Assembly: GCA_947631855.1 (NCBI GenBank)
Contig: CANRMX010000003.1
Coordinates: 10,728-74,727, forward strand
Direction: 5' to 3'
DNA length: 64,000 bases
Source of the DNA: an uncultured Clostridia bacterium
GTDB taxonomy: Bacteria > Bacillota > Clostridia > Oscillospirales > Acutalibacteraceae
The translations under genes and the position numbers were made by a program. Positions within the stretch are counted from its first letter, which is position 1; each line of letters begins with the position of its first letter. Positions 48,887-59,388 of this stretch are shown one piece after another. The notes beneath the pieces were generated by a model that saw only the letters and a list, made by a program, of their open reading frames with translations, had not been told where the DNA came from and did not search any database.

Positions 48887-49426
48887 TTACTTAGTAAACG
48901 GAGCGCCCATGAGCGTCAGCAGCTCCCGGGCCTCTTCGTCGGTCTTTGCGGTGGACACGAAGCAGATGTCCATGCCCCGCACCTTGTCGACCTTGTCGTA
49001 GTCGATCTCGGGGAAGATCAGCTGCTCCCGGATGCCCATGTTGTAGTTGCCCCGTCCGTCAAAGGAATTGGGGTTGATGCCCCGGAAGTCGCGGACGCGG
49101 GGCAGGGCCACGTTGAACAGCCGGTCCAGGAATTCATACATCCGCTCGCCCCGCAGGGTGACCTTCACGCCGATGGGCATGCCTTCGCGGACCTTGAAGT
49201 TCGCAACGCTCTTCTTGGCCTTGCACACCACGGGCTTCTGCCCGGTGATGGCCGCCAGATCGCCGCTGATGGAGTCGATCGCCTTGGCGTTGTCCTTGGC
49301 CTCGCCGGCGCCCACGTTCACCACGATCTTGTCCAGCTTGGGGATCTGCATCACGCTCTTGTAGCCGAATTTCTTCATCAGGGCGGGGGCCACTTCTGTC
49401 TGATAGAAATCTTTCATTCTTGCCAT
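48887..49426 (-). CDS. rplE: 50S ribosomal protein L5
   Basis: [21 protein letters not shown]. Confidence 0.97.
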   Translation of the reverse strand: MARMKDFYQTEVAPALMKKFGYKSVMQIPKLDKIVVNVGAGEAKDNAKAIDSISGDLAAITGQKPVVCKAKKSVANFKVREGMPIGVKVTLRGERMYEFLDRLFNVALPRVRDFRGINPNSFDGRGNYNMGIREQLIFPEIDYDKVDKVRGMDICFVSTAKTDEEARELLTLMGAPFTK

Positions 49427-49444
49427 CTTCTGTTTCCTCCTCCC

Positions 49445-49762
49445 TTACAGCGCCTCGCCGCACTTTTTGCAGATGCGCTCTTTGGTGCCGTCGGCAGAGA
49501 TCTTGTGGCCGATCCGGGTGGGCTTACCGCAGCGGGGGCAGACCACCTGCACCTTGCAGGCATACAGGGCGCTTTCCGCGCGGATGATGCCGCCGGGCTC
49601 GCCCATACGGCGGGGCTTCACGTGCTTCTGCACGAAGTTGGCGTTCTCAACGATCACCTTGCCCTCCTTGGGGCTCACCTGCAGCACCTTGCCCTGCTTG
49701 CCGCGGTCCTTGCCGCTGAGGATGACCACGTTGTCGCCGGTCTTCACATGAATTTTGCTCAT
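49445..49762 (-). CDS. rplX: 50S ribosomal protein L24
   Basis: VKTGD.V.ILSGKDRGK. Confidence 0.97.
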   Translation of the reverse strand: MSKIHVKTGDNVVILSGKDRGKQGKVLQVSPKEGKVIVENANFVQKHVKPRRMGEPGGIIRAESALYACKVQVVCPRCGKPTRIGHKISADGTKERICKKCGEAL

Positions 49763-49778
49763 GATCTACTTCCCTCCA

Positions 49779-50147
49779 TCAAAGCACTTCCGGAGCCAGG
49801 GACAGGATACGCATATAGTCCTTGTCGCGCAGCTCGCGGGCCACGGGCCCAAAAATACGGGTGCCCCGGGGGTTCTTGTCGTCACGGATGATGACGGCAG
49901 CGTTCTCGTCAAAGCGGATATAGGTGCCGTCTTCACGGCGCACGCCGGTGGCGGATCTGACCACGACCGCCTTCACGACCTCGCCCTTCTTCACAACGCC
50001 GCCGGGCGCCGCTTTCTTCACGGACGCCACGATCACGTCGCCGATATTGGCATACCTCCTGCCGGTACCGCCCAGCACGCGGATACACATAAGCTCCTTC
50101 GCGCCGGTGTTGTCGGCAACCTTGAGGTAAGTCTGCTGTTGAATCAC
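49779..50147 (-). CDS. rplN: 50S ribosomal protein L14
   Basis: [29 protein letters not shown]. Confidence 0.98.
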   Translation of the reverse strand: MIQQQTYLKVADNTGAKELMCIRVLGGTGRRYANIGDVIVASVKKAAPGGVVKKGEVVKAVVVRSATGVRREDGTYIRFDENAAVIIRDDKNPRGTRIFGPVARELRDKDYMRILSLAPEVL

Positions 50148-50174
50148 AGTACGTTCCTCCTTTGCTAAAAGCCC

Positions 50175-50432
50175 TTACTTGGCCTTCTCGATGATCTCCA
50201 CCAGCCGCCATCTCTTGTCCTTGGAGAGAGGACGGGTCTCCATGATGCGCACCCGGTCGCCCACGTTGCACTCGTTGTGCTCGTCATGGGCCTTGTGCTT
50301 CACGGTGCGCTTGATGACCTTGCCATACAGCGGATGCTTCACGCTGTCGGAGATCGCGACGACCACGGTTTTATCCATCTTGTTGCTGACCACGCGGCCG
50401 ATAGCCGTTTTTCTCATGTTTCTATCGCTCAC
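50175..50432 (-). CDS. rpsQ: 30S ribosomal protein S17
   Basis: [16 protein letters not shown]; GTG start inferred. Confidence 0.95.
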   Translation of the reverse strand: MSDRNMRKTAIGRVVSNKMDKTVVVAISDSVKHPLYGKVIKRTVKHKAHDEHNECNVGDRVRIMETRPLSKDKRWRLVEIIEKAK

Positions 50433-50452
50433 TAGATTCAACCTCCCTTTCC

Positions 50453-50656
50453 TTAAGCGCGACCGGCGCCAAGCTCATTTTCCCGGAGTACCGTCTTGAT
50501 GCGGGCGATATCCTTCTTCACGGCCGTGATGCGCATGGGGTTCTCAAGCTGATTGATAGCGAGCTGGAAGCGCAGGTTGAAAAGCTCCGCCTTGAGGTCG
50601 TTGAGCTTGCTGTTGAGCTCCTGCTCGCTCAGTTCTCTGATTTCTGAAGCCTTCAT
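50453..50656 (-). CDS. rpmC: 50S ribosomal protein L29
   Basis: [14 protein letters not shown]. Confidence 0.97.
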   Translation of the reverse strand: MKASEIRELSEQELNSKLNDLKAELFNLRFQLAINQLENPMRITAVKKDIARIKTVLRENELGAGRA

Positions 50657-50659
50657 GGA

Positions 50660-51076
50660 TTACGCCTCCGTTTCCTTGGAAATGACCTTGCACTTGATGG
50701 GCAGCTTGTTGGCCGCGAGGCGCAGGGCCTCTCTGGCCGTCGCTTCGTTCACGCCGCCCAGCTCGAACATCACGCGGCCGGGCTTGACCACGGCCACCCA
50801 GTATTCGGGCGAGCCTTTGCCGGAGCCCATGCGGGTCTCGGCGGGCTTGGCGGTGACGGGCTTGTCGGGGAAGATCTTGATCCAGACCTTGCCGAAACGC
50901 TTGCAGTAACGGGTCATGGCCACACGGGCGGCCTCGATCTGGTTCGAGGTGATCCACGCGGGCTCCAGGGCCTGCAAGCCGTAATCACCATAGGTGACGG
51001 TGTTGCCGCGCAGGGCCTTGCCTTTCATGCGGCCCCGCTGCACGCGGCGGTATTTAACACGCTTGGGGAGTAACAT
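50660..51076 (-). CDS. rplP: 50S ribosomal protein L16
   Basis: [17 protein letters not shown]. Confidence 0.98.
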   Translation of the reverse strand: MLLPKRVKYRRVQRGRMKGKALRGNTVTYGDYGLQALEPAWITSNQIEAARVAMTRYCKRFGKVWIKIFPDKPVTAKPAETRMGSGKGSPEYWVAVVKPGRVMFELGGVNEATAREALRLAANKLPIKCKVISKETEA

Positions 51077-51841
51077 TTACCTGCGTCCTCCTTCCCTGTT
51101 CTGGCCGCCCGGACGGCGGTCGTCTCTGCGGCCCCGGTTGTCCCGGCGGTCGCCCCGGTTCCGGTTGTCCCGGCGGTCGTCCCGGCGGCGGCTGTCCCGG
51201 TTCTCCCGGTTGTCGTTCAGGACTTCGCCCTTATACAGCCACACCTTCACGCCTACGCGCCCATAGGTGGTGTCGGCCTCGGCAAAGCCGTAGTCGATGT
51301 CCGCCCGAAGGGTCTGCAGAGGGATGGTGCCATCGTGATAGCTCTCGCTGCGGGCGATGTCCGCGCCGCCCAGCCGGCCGGAGACCATGGTCTTGATGCC
51401 CCGGGCGCCCAGCCGCATGCTGCGGCCGATGCAGCCCTTCATGGCCCGGCGGAAGGAGATCCGGCGCTCCAGCTGGGAGGCGATGTTCTCCGCCACCAGC
51501 TGCGCGTCCAGGTCGGGCTGACGGACCTCTACGATATTGATGACCACGGGCTTGCCCAGCATCTGCTCGCACTGCTGGCGGAGCTTCTCGATCTCCGTGC
51601 CGCCCTTGCCGATGACCAGGCCGGGCTTTGCGCAGTGGATGTGGATGCGCACCTTGGACGCGTCCCGTTCGATCTCGATCTTCGGGATGCCGGCGGAGAA
51701 CAGCTGCTTTTTCAGCACCTTGCGCAGGTTATAGTCCTGCACCAGGGTGTCGCCGAAATCGCTGTCCTTTGCGTACCAGCGGGAATCCCAATCCTTGATG
51801 ATACCCACGCGAAGGCCGTGGGGATTAACTTTTTGACCCAT
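51077..51841 (-). CDS. rpsC: 30S ribosomal protein S3 with an Arg/Asp-rich C-tail
   Basis: [28 protein letters not shown]. Confidence 0.98.
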   Translation of the reverse strand: MGQKVNPHGLRVGIIKDWDSRWYAKDSDFGDTLVQDYNLRKVLKKQLFSAGIPKIEIERDASKVRIHIHCAKPGLVIGKGGTEIEKLRQQCEQMLGKPVVINIVEVRQPDLDAQLVAENIASQLERRISFRRAMKGCIGRSMRLGARGIKTMVSGRLGGADIARSESYHDGTIPLQTLRADIDYGFAEADTTYGRVGVKVWLYKGEVLNDNRENRDSRRRDDRRDNRNRGDRRDNRGRRDDRRPGGQNREGGRR

Positions 51842-51859
51842 ACTCTTCCTCCTAACCGC

Positions 51860-52195
51860 TTACTCTTTGTCCGCCACCACGATGGTGATGTGGGAAGTTC
51901 TCTTCAAAATCCGGTACGCTCTGCCCTTGCTGGCCGGGCGGATCCGCTTGAGGGTGGGCCCCGGCGTCACATAGCACTTAGAGACGTACAGGCTGCCGCG
52001 ATCCATGTTGAAATTGTTTTCGGCATTGGCGACCGCGGATTTGAGCAGCTTCTGCAGGTCCTCGCAGGCGGCCTTGGGGGTATTCTTGAGAATAGCGGCG
52101 GCAAGGTCCACCGGCTTGTTGCGGATGAGATCGAGCACGATGCCGACCTTGCGGGGAGAGATGCGGGTGTAGTTCAGTGTTGCTTTCGCTTCCAT
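51860..52195 (-). CDS. rplV: 50S ribosomal protein L22
   Basis: [23 protein letters not shown]. Confidence 0.97.
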   Translation of the reverse strand: MEAKATLNYTRISPRKVGIVLDLIRNKPVDLAAAILKNTPKAACEDLQKLLKSAVANAENNFNMDRGSLYVSKCYVTPGPTLKRIRPASKGRAYRILKRTSHITIVVADKE

Positions 52196-52216
52196 GTTCG
52201 TTTCTCTCCTTTCCTT

Positions 52217-52489
52217 TTACTTGCCGGTCTTCGAGCCCGAGTGACCCTTAAAAGTACGGGTCGGGGCAAACTCGCCCAGCTTGTGGCCCACCATGTCCTC
52301 GGTGATATACACCGGCACATGCTTGCGGCCGTCGTGGACTGCGATGGTGTGACCCACGAAATCCGGGAAGATCATGGAGGCCCTGCTCCAGGTGCGGACG
52401 ATCTTCTTCTCGCCCGTCTCGTTCATGGCCTGGATCCTCTTTAACAGCACGGGCTGTACAAAGGGTCCCTTTTTCAAACTTCTGCTCAT
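52217..52489 (-). CDS. rpsS: 30S ribosomal protein S19
   Basis: [23 protein letters not shown]. Confidence 0.98.
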   Translation of the reverse strand: MSRSLKKGPFVQPVLLKRIQAMNETGEKKIVRTWSRASMIFPDFVGHTIAVHDGRKHVPVYITEDMVGHKLGEFAPTRTFKGHSGSKTGK

Positions 52490-52516
52490 GTTCCTTGAAA
52501 CTCCTTTCCCGTGCGA

Positions 52517-53350
52517 TTACTTGCTGTTTCTGCGCCGAACGATATACTTGTCGCTGCGGTTGTGGGGCTTGCGGGTCTTGTATCCCAGGGCGGGCTTGCC
52601 CCAGGGAGTGACAGGCCCGGGACGGCCGACGGGGCTCTTGCCTTCGCCGCCGCCGTGGGGGTGGTCGTTGGGGTTCATGACGGAGCCGCGTACCGTGGGC
52701 CGCCAGCCCATGTGCCGCTTCCGCCCGGCCTTGCCGATCTTCACGTTCTCGTGGTCGATGTTGCTCACCTGGCCGATGGTGGCCATGCAGTTCTCCCGGA
52801 TGTTCCGCAGCTCGCCGGAGGGCAGCCGCAGCAGCGCCATGCCGTTCTCCTTGGCCATCAGCTGGGCCATCACGCCGGCACCGCGGGCCAGCTGGGCGCC
52901 CTTGCCGGGATACAGCTCCACGTTGTGGATGAAGGTGCCCACGGGGATGCTCTTCAGGGGCAGGGCGTTGCCGGCCTTGATATCCACGTTCTCGCCGGAC
53001 ACCACCTTGTCGCCCACCTTCAGGCCGTTGGGGGCCACGATATACCGCTTTTCGCCGTCCTCATACTGCACCAGGGCGATGAAGGCGGAGCGGTTGGGGT
53101 CGTACTCGATGGTCAGCACCGTGGCTTCCACGTCGTGCTTCTGACGCTTGAAGTCGATGATGCGATACTTTTTGCGGTTGCCGCCGCCCCGATGGCGGAC
53201 GGTGATGCGGCCGTAGCCGTTGCGGCCCGCGTTCTTGTTCAGCGGGGCCAGCAGGCTTTTCTCGGGGCCGCCCTTGGAAAGGTCGTTATAGTCCGTGACG
53301 GACATATTCCGCCTTGCCGCGGTAGTCGGCTTGTAATTCTTGATTGCCAT
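52517..53350 (-). CDS. rplB: 50S ribosomal protein L2
   Basis: [21 protein letters not shown]. Confidence 0.98.
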   Translation of the reverse strand: MAIKNYKPTTAARRNMSVTDYNDLSKGGPEKSLLAPLNKNAGRNGYGRITVRHRGGGNRKKYRIIDFKRQKHDVEATVLTIEYDPNRSAFIALVQYEDGEKRYIVAPNGLKVGDKVVSGENVDIKAGNALPLKSIPVGTFIHNVELYPGKGAQLARGAGVMAQLMAKENGMALLRLPSGELRNIRENCMATIGQVSNIDHENVKIGKAGRKRHMGWRPTVRGSVMNPNDHPHGGGEGKSPVGRPGPVTPWGKPALGYKTRKPHNRSDKYIVRRRNSK

Positions 53351-53424
53351 GTGGGTTTCACTCTCCTATTCGGCTTTGCGGGGGATGCCCCATTCCTGCC
53401 GTGATAAAAACGATTGATTGCGGT

Positions 53425-53715
53425 TTAGACCATGCTCTCGAAGAACTCGATGGTCTTGCTGTCCTCGGTGAGGGTAACGACGGCCTTTTTCCAGCTTCTG
53501 GTATAGCCCTGGTTCCTCCCCTGGCGGCGCAGCTGACCTCTGACATGGAGGGTGTTCACCTTGCTGACCTTGACGCCGAAAAGCTCTTCCACGGCTTTGG
53601 CGATGTCGATCTTGGTGGCGTCCTTGCGCACCTCAAAGGTGTACTTCTTGATGGTGTTGCCCGCCATCGTCTTCTCGGTGATGATGGGGCGGATGATGAT
53701 ATCCTGAGCAGCCAT
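53425..53715 (-). CDS. rplW: 50S ribosomal protein L23
   Basis: RPIITEK, WKKAVVTL. Confidence 0.97.
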   Translation of the reverse strand: MAAQDIIIRPIITEKTMAGNTIKKYTFEVRKDATKIDIAKAVEELFGVKVSKVNTLHVRGQLRRQGRNQGYTRSWKKAVVTLTEDSKTIEFFESMV

Positions 53716-54338
53716 TACGCATACACCTCCTCGATTTTGGCCACCGCATCCTTCACGACGATGAACTTGTCGGCGTTGAGGATGTCATAAACATTGAGGG
53801 TGTTGACCTGGGCGGTCTTCACACCGGGGATATTCCGGGCGGAGACGATGACCTTTTCATCCACGCTGTCCAGCACGATGAGGGCCTTCTTCTCGCTGCC
53901 CACCGCCTTGAGCATGGCGGCGATGGTCTTGGTCTTGAAGCTGTCGGTGGAGATGGCGTCCAGCACGATCATCTCGTTGTCCAGCACCTTAGAAGACAGG
54001 GCGGATTTCATCGCCAGCCGGCGGACCTTCTTGTTCAGGGTGTACCGATAGTTCCGGGGCTTGGGGGCGAACACGATGCCGCCGTGGGTCCACTGGGGGG
54101 CGCGGGTGCTGCCCTGCCGGGCCCGGCCGGTGTCCTTCTGCCGCCACGGCTTTCTGCCGCCGCCGGAAACTTCCGCGCGGGTCAGAGCGGACTGAGTGCC
54201 CTGGCGCTGATTGGCCAGATAATTCTTGACCATGTCGTTCATGACGGGGACGTTGGGGGTGACGCCGAAGACGCTTTCGCTCAGCTCAACGGTGCCCACT
54301 TCCTGGCCCTGCATATTCAAAACTGCTACTGTAGGCAT
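53715..54338 (-). CDS. rplD: 50S ribosomal protein L4
   Basis: [32 protein letters not shown]. Confidence 0.97.
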   Translation of the reverse strand: MPTVAVLNMQGQEVGTVELSESVFGVTPNVPVMNDMVKNYLANQRQGTQSALTRAEVSGGGRKPWRQKDTGRARQGSTRAPQWTHGGIVFAPKPRNYRYTLNKKVRRLAMKSALSSKVLDNEMIVLDAISTDSFKTKTIAAMLKAVGSEKKALIVLDSVDEKVIVSARNIPGVKTAQVNTLNVYDILNADKFIVVKDAVAKIEEVYA

Positions 54339-54355
54339 TCTGCTTCCTCCTTCCC

Positions 54356-54988
54356 TTACGCTTTCACGCTGTTGCGGATGACCACGATGCCGCCGTTGGG
54401 GCCGGGAACGGCGCCCTTGATGGCGATCAGGTTGTTCTCCGCGTCGACTTTGGCAACGGTGAGGTTCTGCACCGTGACGGTCTGGGCGCCCATGTGGCCG
54501 GCCATTTTCAGGCCCTTCCATACCCGGGAGGGGTCGGAGATGGCGCCGTTGGAGCCGCCGTGGCGCACCACAGGGCCGCTGCCGTGGGATTCCTTCAGGC
54601 GGTGGAAGTTCCAGCGCTTGATCACGCCCTGATAGCCCTTGCCCTTGCTGGTGCCGGTCACGTCTACGTGCTCGCCGGCCTCAAAGACGTCGGCCTTGAT
54701 CAGGTCGCCCACGTTCAATCCGGAGATGTCCTCCAGCCGCAGCTCCCGCAGCACCTTCTTGGGGGCCGCGCCGGCCTTGTCGAAGTGGCCCTTGAGGGGC
54801 TTGGTGAGGCGCTGGGGCTTCTGGTCGCCGAAGCCCACCTGCACGGCCTCATAGCCGTCGTTCTCGACGGTCTTCTTCTGCGTTACCACGCAGGGGCCGG
54901 CCTCCACCACGGTGACGGGGATGACCTTCCCCTTTTCGTCGAAGATCTGGGTCATGCCGATCTTCTTGCCGATGATACCTTTTTTCAT
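54356..54988 (-). CDS. rplC: 50S ribosomal protein L3
   Basis: [22 protein letters not shown]. Confidence 0.97.
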   Translation of the reverse strand: MKKGIIGKKIGMTQIFDEKGKVIPVTVVEAGPCVVTQKKTVENDGYEAVQVGFGDQKPQRLTKPLKGHFDKAGAAPKKVLRELRLEDISGLNVGDLIKADVFEAGEHVDVTGTSKGKGYQGVIKRWNFHRLKESHGSGPVVRHGGSNGAISDPSRVWKGLKMAGHMGAQTVTVQNLTVAKVDAENNLIAIKGAVPGPNGGIVVIRNSVKA

Positions 54989-55065
54989 GCTTTTCCTCCT
55001 TAAAAAGGTTATTGGTTGGGCTGCTTCCCAACTTGACCCTCTGTCTCGGTAGGTTGTGATCGCTT

Positions 55066-55377
55066 TTACAGCTTGATCTCGATCTCAACGCCGGCAGGGA
55101 GTTCCAGACCCATCAAGGCTTCCACAGTCTTGTTGCTGGGTCTGAGGATGTCGATCAGTCTCTTATGGGTGTGCTGCTCGAACTGCTCGCGGCTGTCCTT
55201 GTTCACAAAGGGAGAGCGGAGGATCGTAACGACCTCTTTCTCCGTGGGCAGCGGCACCGGCCCGGAGACACGGGCGCCCGTCCGCTTTGCGGTGGCCACG
55301 ATCTTCTCGCAGGACTGGTCCACCAGCTGGTGGTCGTACCCCTTGATCCTGATCCTGATTTTTTCCTTGACTGCCAT
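55066..55377 (-). CDS. rpsJ: 30S ribosomal protein S10
   Basis: KIRIR, GPVPLPT, SREQFE, THKRLID. Confidence 0.97.
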   Translation of the reverse strand: MAVKEKIRIRIKGYDHQLVDQSCEKIVATAKRTGARVSGPVPLPTEKEVVTILRSPFVNKDSREQFEQHTHKRLIDILRPSNKTVEALMGLELPAGVEIEIKL

Positions 55378-55389
55378 TTTTGTCGCCTC

Positions 55390-55660
55390 CTGTTAAATTG
55401 GTTGGCGGGCTGGGGTTTTTCTTTCCACTGGCCCGGGTGTTCCTCCCGCGGGCATCAAAAAACCGAAATCCGCAGACGGATTCCGGGAATGGGAAAAACC
55501 CACTAGCATCCTCTGAAAAGCCCTTTCGCGGCCTTTCGGGCAAGCCCGACGGTTCCCGACCTTTCAGATTCTTTCGCCCGGTTTGAAATCGGACATACTC
55601 CACGGAAAAACCGGCCTTTTGGCCGCAACCTCCCGCTTCATCGCATATCTGCAGTCACGC
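55390..55660 (-). promoter_or_regulatory. S10 operon 5' leader (structured, probable r-protein autoregulatory leader)
   Basis: ~280 nt untranslated region with several hairpins between the promoter and rpsJ. Confidence 0.5.
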
Positions 55661-55666
55661 TCGATT

Positions 55667-55695
55667 ATAGTACCACACCCGGGCAAAATTTGCAA
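55667..55695 (-). promoter_or_regulatory. S10 operon promoter
   Basis: TTGCAA-17 bp-TACTAT (overlapping TATAAT), with TG extension. Confidence 0.7.
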
Positions 55696-55873
55696 GGGTT
55701 TTTTTCCGATTTTTTCAATTTCTTCAACTTTCTGCAAACTCCACAAGATGTGGTGTCCCTGCCCAAAACCACCCCTATTTTTCGCCGCCGCTGAGCGCAC
55801 AGGCTGCGCTGGGCGGCATCGTCCAGCTCCGCCATCAGGGTCAAAAATTGCTCCGCCATGGCTACCTCCGTGC

Positions 55874-56728
55874 TCAATCCTCCAGCTTCCCGGGGGTGAT
55901 CTTCTCGAAGATGCGCAGGCTGTGCAGCTCCTCCCGGGCCTGGGTGTATGCCTCCCAGCTGCGGATGGTCCAGCTGACCTCCTGCATCCCGCAGATGCTC
56001 TTGGCCAATCCCAAGGACCACAGGCGCTTCGTCCCGTGGGCGGAGATGTCGTAGGCCTCGAAGTGGGGCCGGGTCAGGCAGTTGGTCAGCAGGTTTCTGG
56101 CGCAGAAGGCCCGGAATCTCCCCAGGGGCTTGCCGTGGACGATCTCCCCGGCGTGCATGGCATACATCAGCTGGCCCCGCACGATCTCCGGCCGATTCTT
56201 CCGGAACCACCGCACGATCCGCGGATCGAAGGATTCCACGCAGTAGAGGCCCGGATAATCCGCCAGCTCCTCCATGGCCAAGGTGCACAGCCGGTCCACG
56301 TCGTTATACCCTTTGAGCTCCACGATGATGGGCGTCTTCCCGCCGATGATCCCCAGCACCTCCGCAAAGGTGGGCACCCGCTGCTCCGTGCCGAAGAGCT
56401 TGCGCGCCTGCAGCTCTTCCAGCGTCAGGCTCTCCACCGCCGCTTCGTCTCCGCAGCTGCGCTTGAGGGTGCGGTCGTGGTGCACCACCACCCGGCCGTC
56501 CCTGGTCAGCTGGATGTCCAGCTCCACGCCGTAGCCTCTCTCCACCGCCCGGGCAAAGGCCGCCGCCGAATTCTCCGGCACGCCCTGCTCCAAGTCGTGC
56601 AGGCCCCGGTGGGCATAGTCGAATTTCGCAAGCTCCGTGAAATCCCCGCCCCTGCCCGGGGCCACCAGCCACAGCCAGCCGATGCCCAGCACCGCCAGCA
56701 CGCCCAGAATAATTCCTATGATCGCCAT
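55874..56728 (-). CDS. glycerophosphodiester phosphodiesterase
   Basis: AHRGLH, PENS, VELDIQLTRDG, HHD, VELK, SF, WTI. Confidence 0.9.
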   Translation of the reverse strand: MAIIGIILGVLAVLGIGWLWLVAPGRGGDFTELAKFDYAHRGLHDLEQGVPENSAAAFARAVERGYGVELDIQLTRDGRVVVHHDRTLKRSCGDEAAVESLTLEELQARKLFGTEQRVPTFAEVLGIIGGKTPIIVELKGYNDVDRLCTLAMEELADYPGLYCVESFDPRIVRWFRKNRPEIVRGQLMYAMHAGEIVHGKPLGRFRAFCARNLLTNCLTRPHFEAYDISAHGTKRLWSLGLAKSICGMQEVSWTIRSWEAYTQAREELHSLRIFEKITPGKLED

Positions 56729-56857
56729 AATACCGCTTCCTTTCCCGGTCTTTGCCTATCATACCCTATCCGCCCCGGTTTTGCAAGCCCTTTCCGCGCC
56801 CGCCCTGCCGCCGGCGAAAAAAGAGCCGAAAATCCCGCCGCAGTGGAAAGATTTCCG

Positions 56858-56886
56858 TTGCCTGCCGAGGTGGGCCGTGCTATAAT
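56858..56886 (+). promoter_or_regulatory. sigma-A promoter of yicI
   Basis: TTGCCT-17 bp-TATAAT with TG extension. Confidence 0.7.
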
Positions 56887-56923
56887 CAAGGCGAAGATAC
56901 TTTCTCCACAGGAGGCTTGCATC

Positions 56924-59245
56924 ATGAAGTTTACCAAAGGCTACTGGCTGAATCTGCCCGGCGTGGAAAACGCCGACTGCGTCCAAATCCGCGAGGTGCG
57001 GGTGGAGGCGGACCGGGTCTATCTCTACGCCGTGCCCTTCCCCCAGGACGATCGGGCCATGGGCGGCCCCGTGCTGGAGCTGTTCATCTCCTCGCCCCGG
57101 CCGGATATCCTCCGCACCACGGCGTACCATTTCATGGGCAGCGCCAAAAAGGAGCCCCAGTTCGTGCTGGATACCGTCCCCACGGCGCTGCAGGTGGAAC
57201 AATCCGGCAACGAAGTCAACATCCGCAGCGGCAAAACGGAGCTGCGGATCACCAAAAGCCCTGCCAGCTTCTCCTATTATTATGACGGCAAATACCTCAC
57301 CCGGGTGGGCGACCGCTTCGGCCACGCCATGATCAGCACCATCAAGACGCCCGAGGGGCCCTTCATGCGGGCCCAGCTGGACCTGGCCCTGGACGAAAAG
57401 GTCTACGGCTTCGGCGAACGCTTCACCCCCTTCGTGAAGAACGGCCAGGTCATCGATATGTGGAACGAGGACGGCGGCACCTGTTCGGAGATCTCCTACA
57501 AGAACGTGCCCTTCTACATGACCAACAAGGGCTACGGCGTGCTGGTGAATTCCACCGGCAAGGTGTCCTACGAGGTCTGCTCCGAGGTGGTGACCCGGGT
57601 GCAGTTCTCCCTGCCCGGGGAGAAGCTGGACTTCATGGTGATCGGCGGCGGCGACGGCAAGACAGTGCTGCAAAATTACACCGCCCTCACCGGCCGGCCC
57701 GCCCTGCCTCCGGCCTGGTCCTTCGGGCTGTGGCTCACCACCTCCTTCACCACCAGCTACGACGAGGCCACCGTCACCAGCTTTGTGGACGGCATGGCGG
57801 AGCGGAAAATTCCCCTGCACGTGTTCCACTTCGACTGCTACTGGATGCGGGAGAACGAGTGGTGCAACTTCACCTGGGACGACGCCATGTTCAGCGACGT
57901 GCCGGGGATGTTGTCCCGGATGAAGCACAACAAGGGGCTCAAGATCTGCGTGTGGATCAACCCGTATATCGGGCAGAAATCGCCGCTCTTCAAAGAAGCC
58001 GCCCGGGCCGGGTACCTGCTGAAACGCCCCAACGGAGACGTGTGGCAGTGGGACTTGTGGCAGGCCGGCATGGGCATTGTGGATTTCACCAATCCCGCCG
58101 CCTGCGACTGGTACAAGGGCAAGCTGCGCACCCTGCTGGAGCAGGGCGTGGACTGCTTCAAAACCGATTTCGGCGAGCGCATCCCCACCGACGCGGTCTA
58201 CTACGACGGCAGCGACCCGGAGCTGATGCACAACTTCTATACCTATCTGTATAACGAATGCGTCTTCTCCCTGCTGGAGGAATACAAAGGGAAAAACGGG
58301 GCCTGCCTGTTTGCCCGCAGCGCCACTGCCGGCGGCCAGAGATTCCCGGTGCACTGGGGCGGCGACTGCTCCTCCAACTACGCCTCCATGGGCGAATCCC
58401 TCCGGGCGGGGCTGTCCCTCACCCTGTCGGGCTTCGGCTTCTGGAGCCACGACATCTCCGGCTTTGAGGGCACGGCCCCGGCGGACGTGTACAAGCGCTG
58501 GGCGGCCTTCGGGCTGCTGTCCACCCATTCCCGGCTCCACGGCTCCAATTCCTACCGGGTGCCCTGGCTCTTTGGCGACGAGGCGGTGGACGTGGTGCGG
58601 AAATTCACCAACCTCAAGTGCACCCTGATGCCCTATCTCTATGCCAAGGCCGTGGAGACCCACCAAACCGGCGTCCCGTCCATGCGGGCCATGGTGCTGG
58701 AATTCCCGGAGGACATCCCCTGCGCCGATCTGGACCGCCAGTACATGCTGGGCGATGCCCTGCTGGTGGCCCCGGTGTTCAGCGAAAGCGGCGATGTGGA
58801 TTACTATCTCCCCGCCGGCACCTGGACCAATCTGCTGGATAACCGGGTGGTGGAAGGCGGCGGCTGGCGTCACGAGGTCCACGACTTCATGAGCCTGCCC
58901 CTGATGGCCCGGGAGAATTCCATCATCGCCCTGGGCGCGGACGACCAGCACGTGGAATACGACTACGGCAAGGGCCTGACCCTCCACGTCTTCGCGCTGA
59001 AGGATGCGGCCGCCGCGGAGGTGAAGGACATGCTGGGGAACGATCTGCTCTCCGTCGCCGCCAAAAACGAGAACGGCGAAGCGATCTTCACCTTTGCAGC
59101 CCACGGCCCGGTGGAAGGGCTGTCCATCCTGCTGCGGAACGTGCCCGCGGTGAAAGCGGTCTCCGGCGCGGTGGCCGAGGCCCATCCCCTGGGCGCCCTG
59201 CTGCGGGTGAACGCCGACCTGGGCGAAGTGCGGTGCACGCTGTAA
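56924..59245 (+). CDS. yicI: alpha-xylosidase (GH31)
   Basis: MKFTKGYW, WSFGLWLTTSFTT, HFDC, KTDFGE, WGGD, WSHDI; GGAGG RBS. Confidence 0.93.
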   Translation: MKFTKGYWLNLPGVENADCVQIREVRVEADRVYLYAVPFPQDDRAMGGPVLELFISSPRPDILRTTAYHFMGSAKKEPQFVLDTVPTALQVEQSGNEVNIRSGKTELRITKSPASFSYYYDGKYLTRVGDRFGHAMISTIKTPEGPFMRAQLDLALDEKVYGFGERFTPFVKNGQVIDMWNEDGGTCSEISYKNVPFYMTNKGYGVLVNSTGKVSYEVCSEVVTRVQFSLPGEKLDFMVIGGGDGKTVLQNYTALTGRPALPPAWSFGLWLTTSFTTSYDEATVTSFVDGMAERKIPLHVFHFDCYWMRENEWCNFTWDDAMFSDVPGMLSRMKHNKGLKICVWINPYIGQKSPLFKEAARAGYLLKRPNGDVWQWDLWQAGMGIVDFTNPAACDWYKGKLRTLLEQGVDCFKTDFGERIPTDAVYYDGSDPELMHNFYTYLYNECVFSLLEEYKGKNGACLFARSATAGGQRFPVHWGGDCSSNYASMGESLRAGLSLTLSGFGFWSHDISGFEGTAPADVYKRWAAFGLLSTHSRLHGSNSYRVPWLFGDEAVDVVRKFTNLKCTLMPYLYAKAVETHQTGVPSMRAMVLEFPEDIPCADLDRQYMLGDALLVAPVFSESGDVDYYLPAGTWTNLLDNRVVEGGGWRHEVHDFMSLPLMARENSIIALGADDQHVEYDYGKGLTLHVFALKDAAAAEVKDMLGNDLLSVAAKNENGEAIFTFAAHGPVEGLSILLRNVPAVKAVSGAVAEAHPLGALLRVNADLGEVRCTL

Positions 59246-59259
59246 GCGATCGAAACGGA

Positions 59260-59283
59260 AAGGCTCCCCAAATGGGGAGCCTT
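59260..59283. terminator. hairpin/terminator after yicI (copy 1 of duplicated hairpin)
   Basis: aaggctcccc-aaat-ggggagcctt. Confidence 0.6.
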
Positions 59284-59388
59284 CGCCTTATAAGCCGCTT
59301 TCCGCAATTTTGGACAGGACAGGGGCCCTGTCCTGTGGTAGGATAAGTGCGAAGGATCCTTCCGACAGCAAAGAAAGGAGGCAGCGCG

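Noticed and set aside
51077-51220. Repetitive Arg/Asp-rich tail of S3
   Set aside because: Low-complexity S3 tails are common and in frame
55583-56923. 1220 aa version of yicI and 780 aa version of enolase (to 39071)
   Set aside because: The extensions overlap real opposite-strand genes; RBS and family starts are at 56924 and 37955
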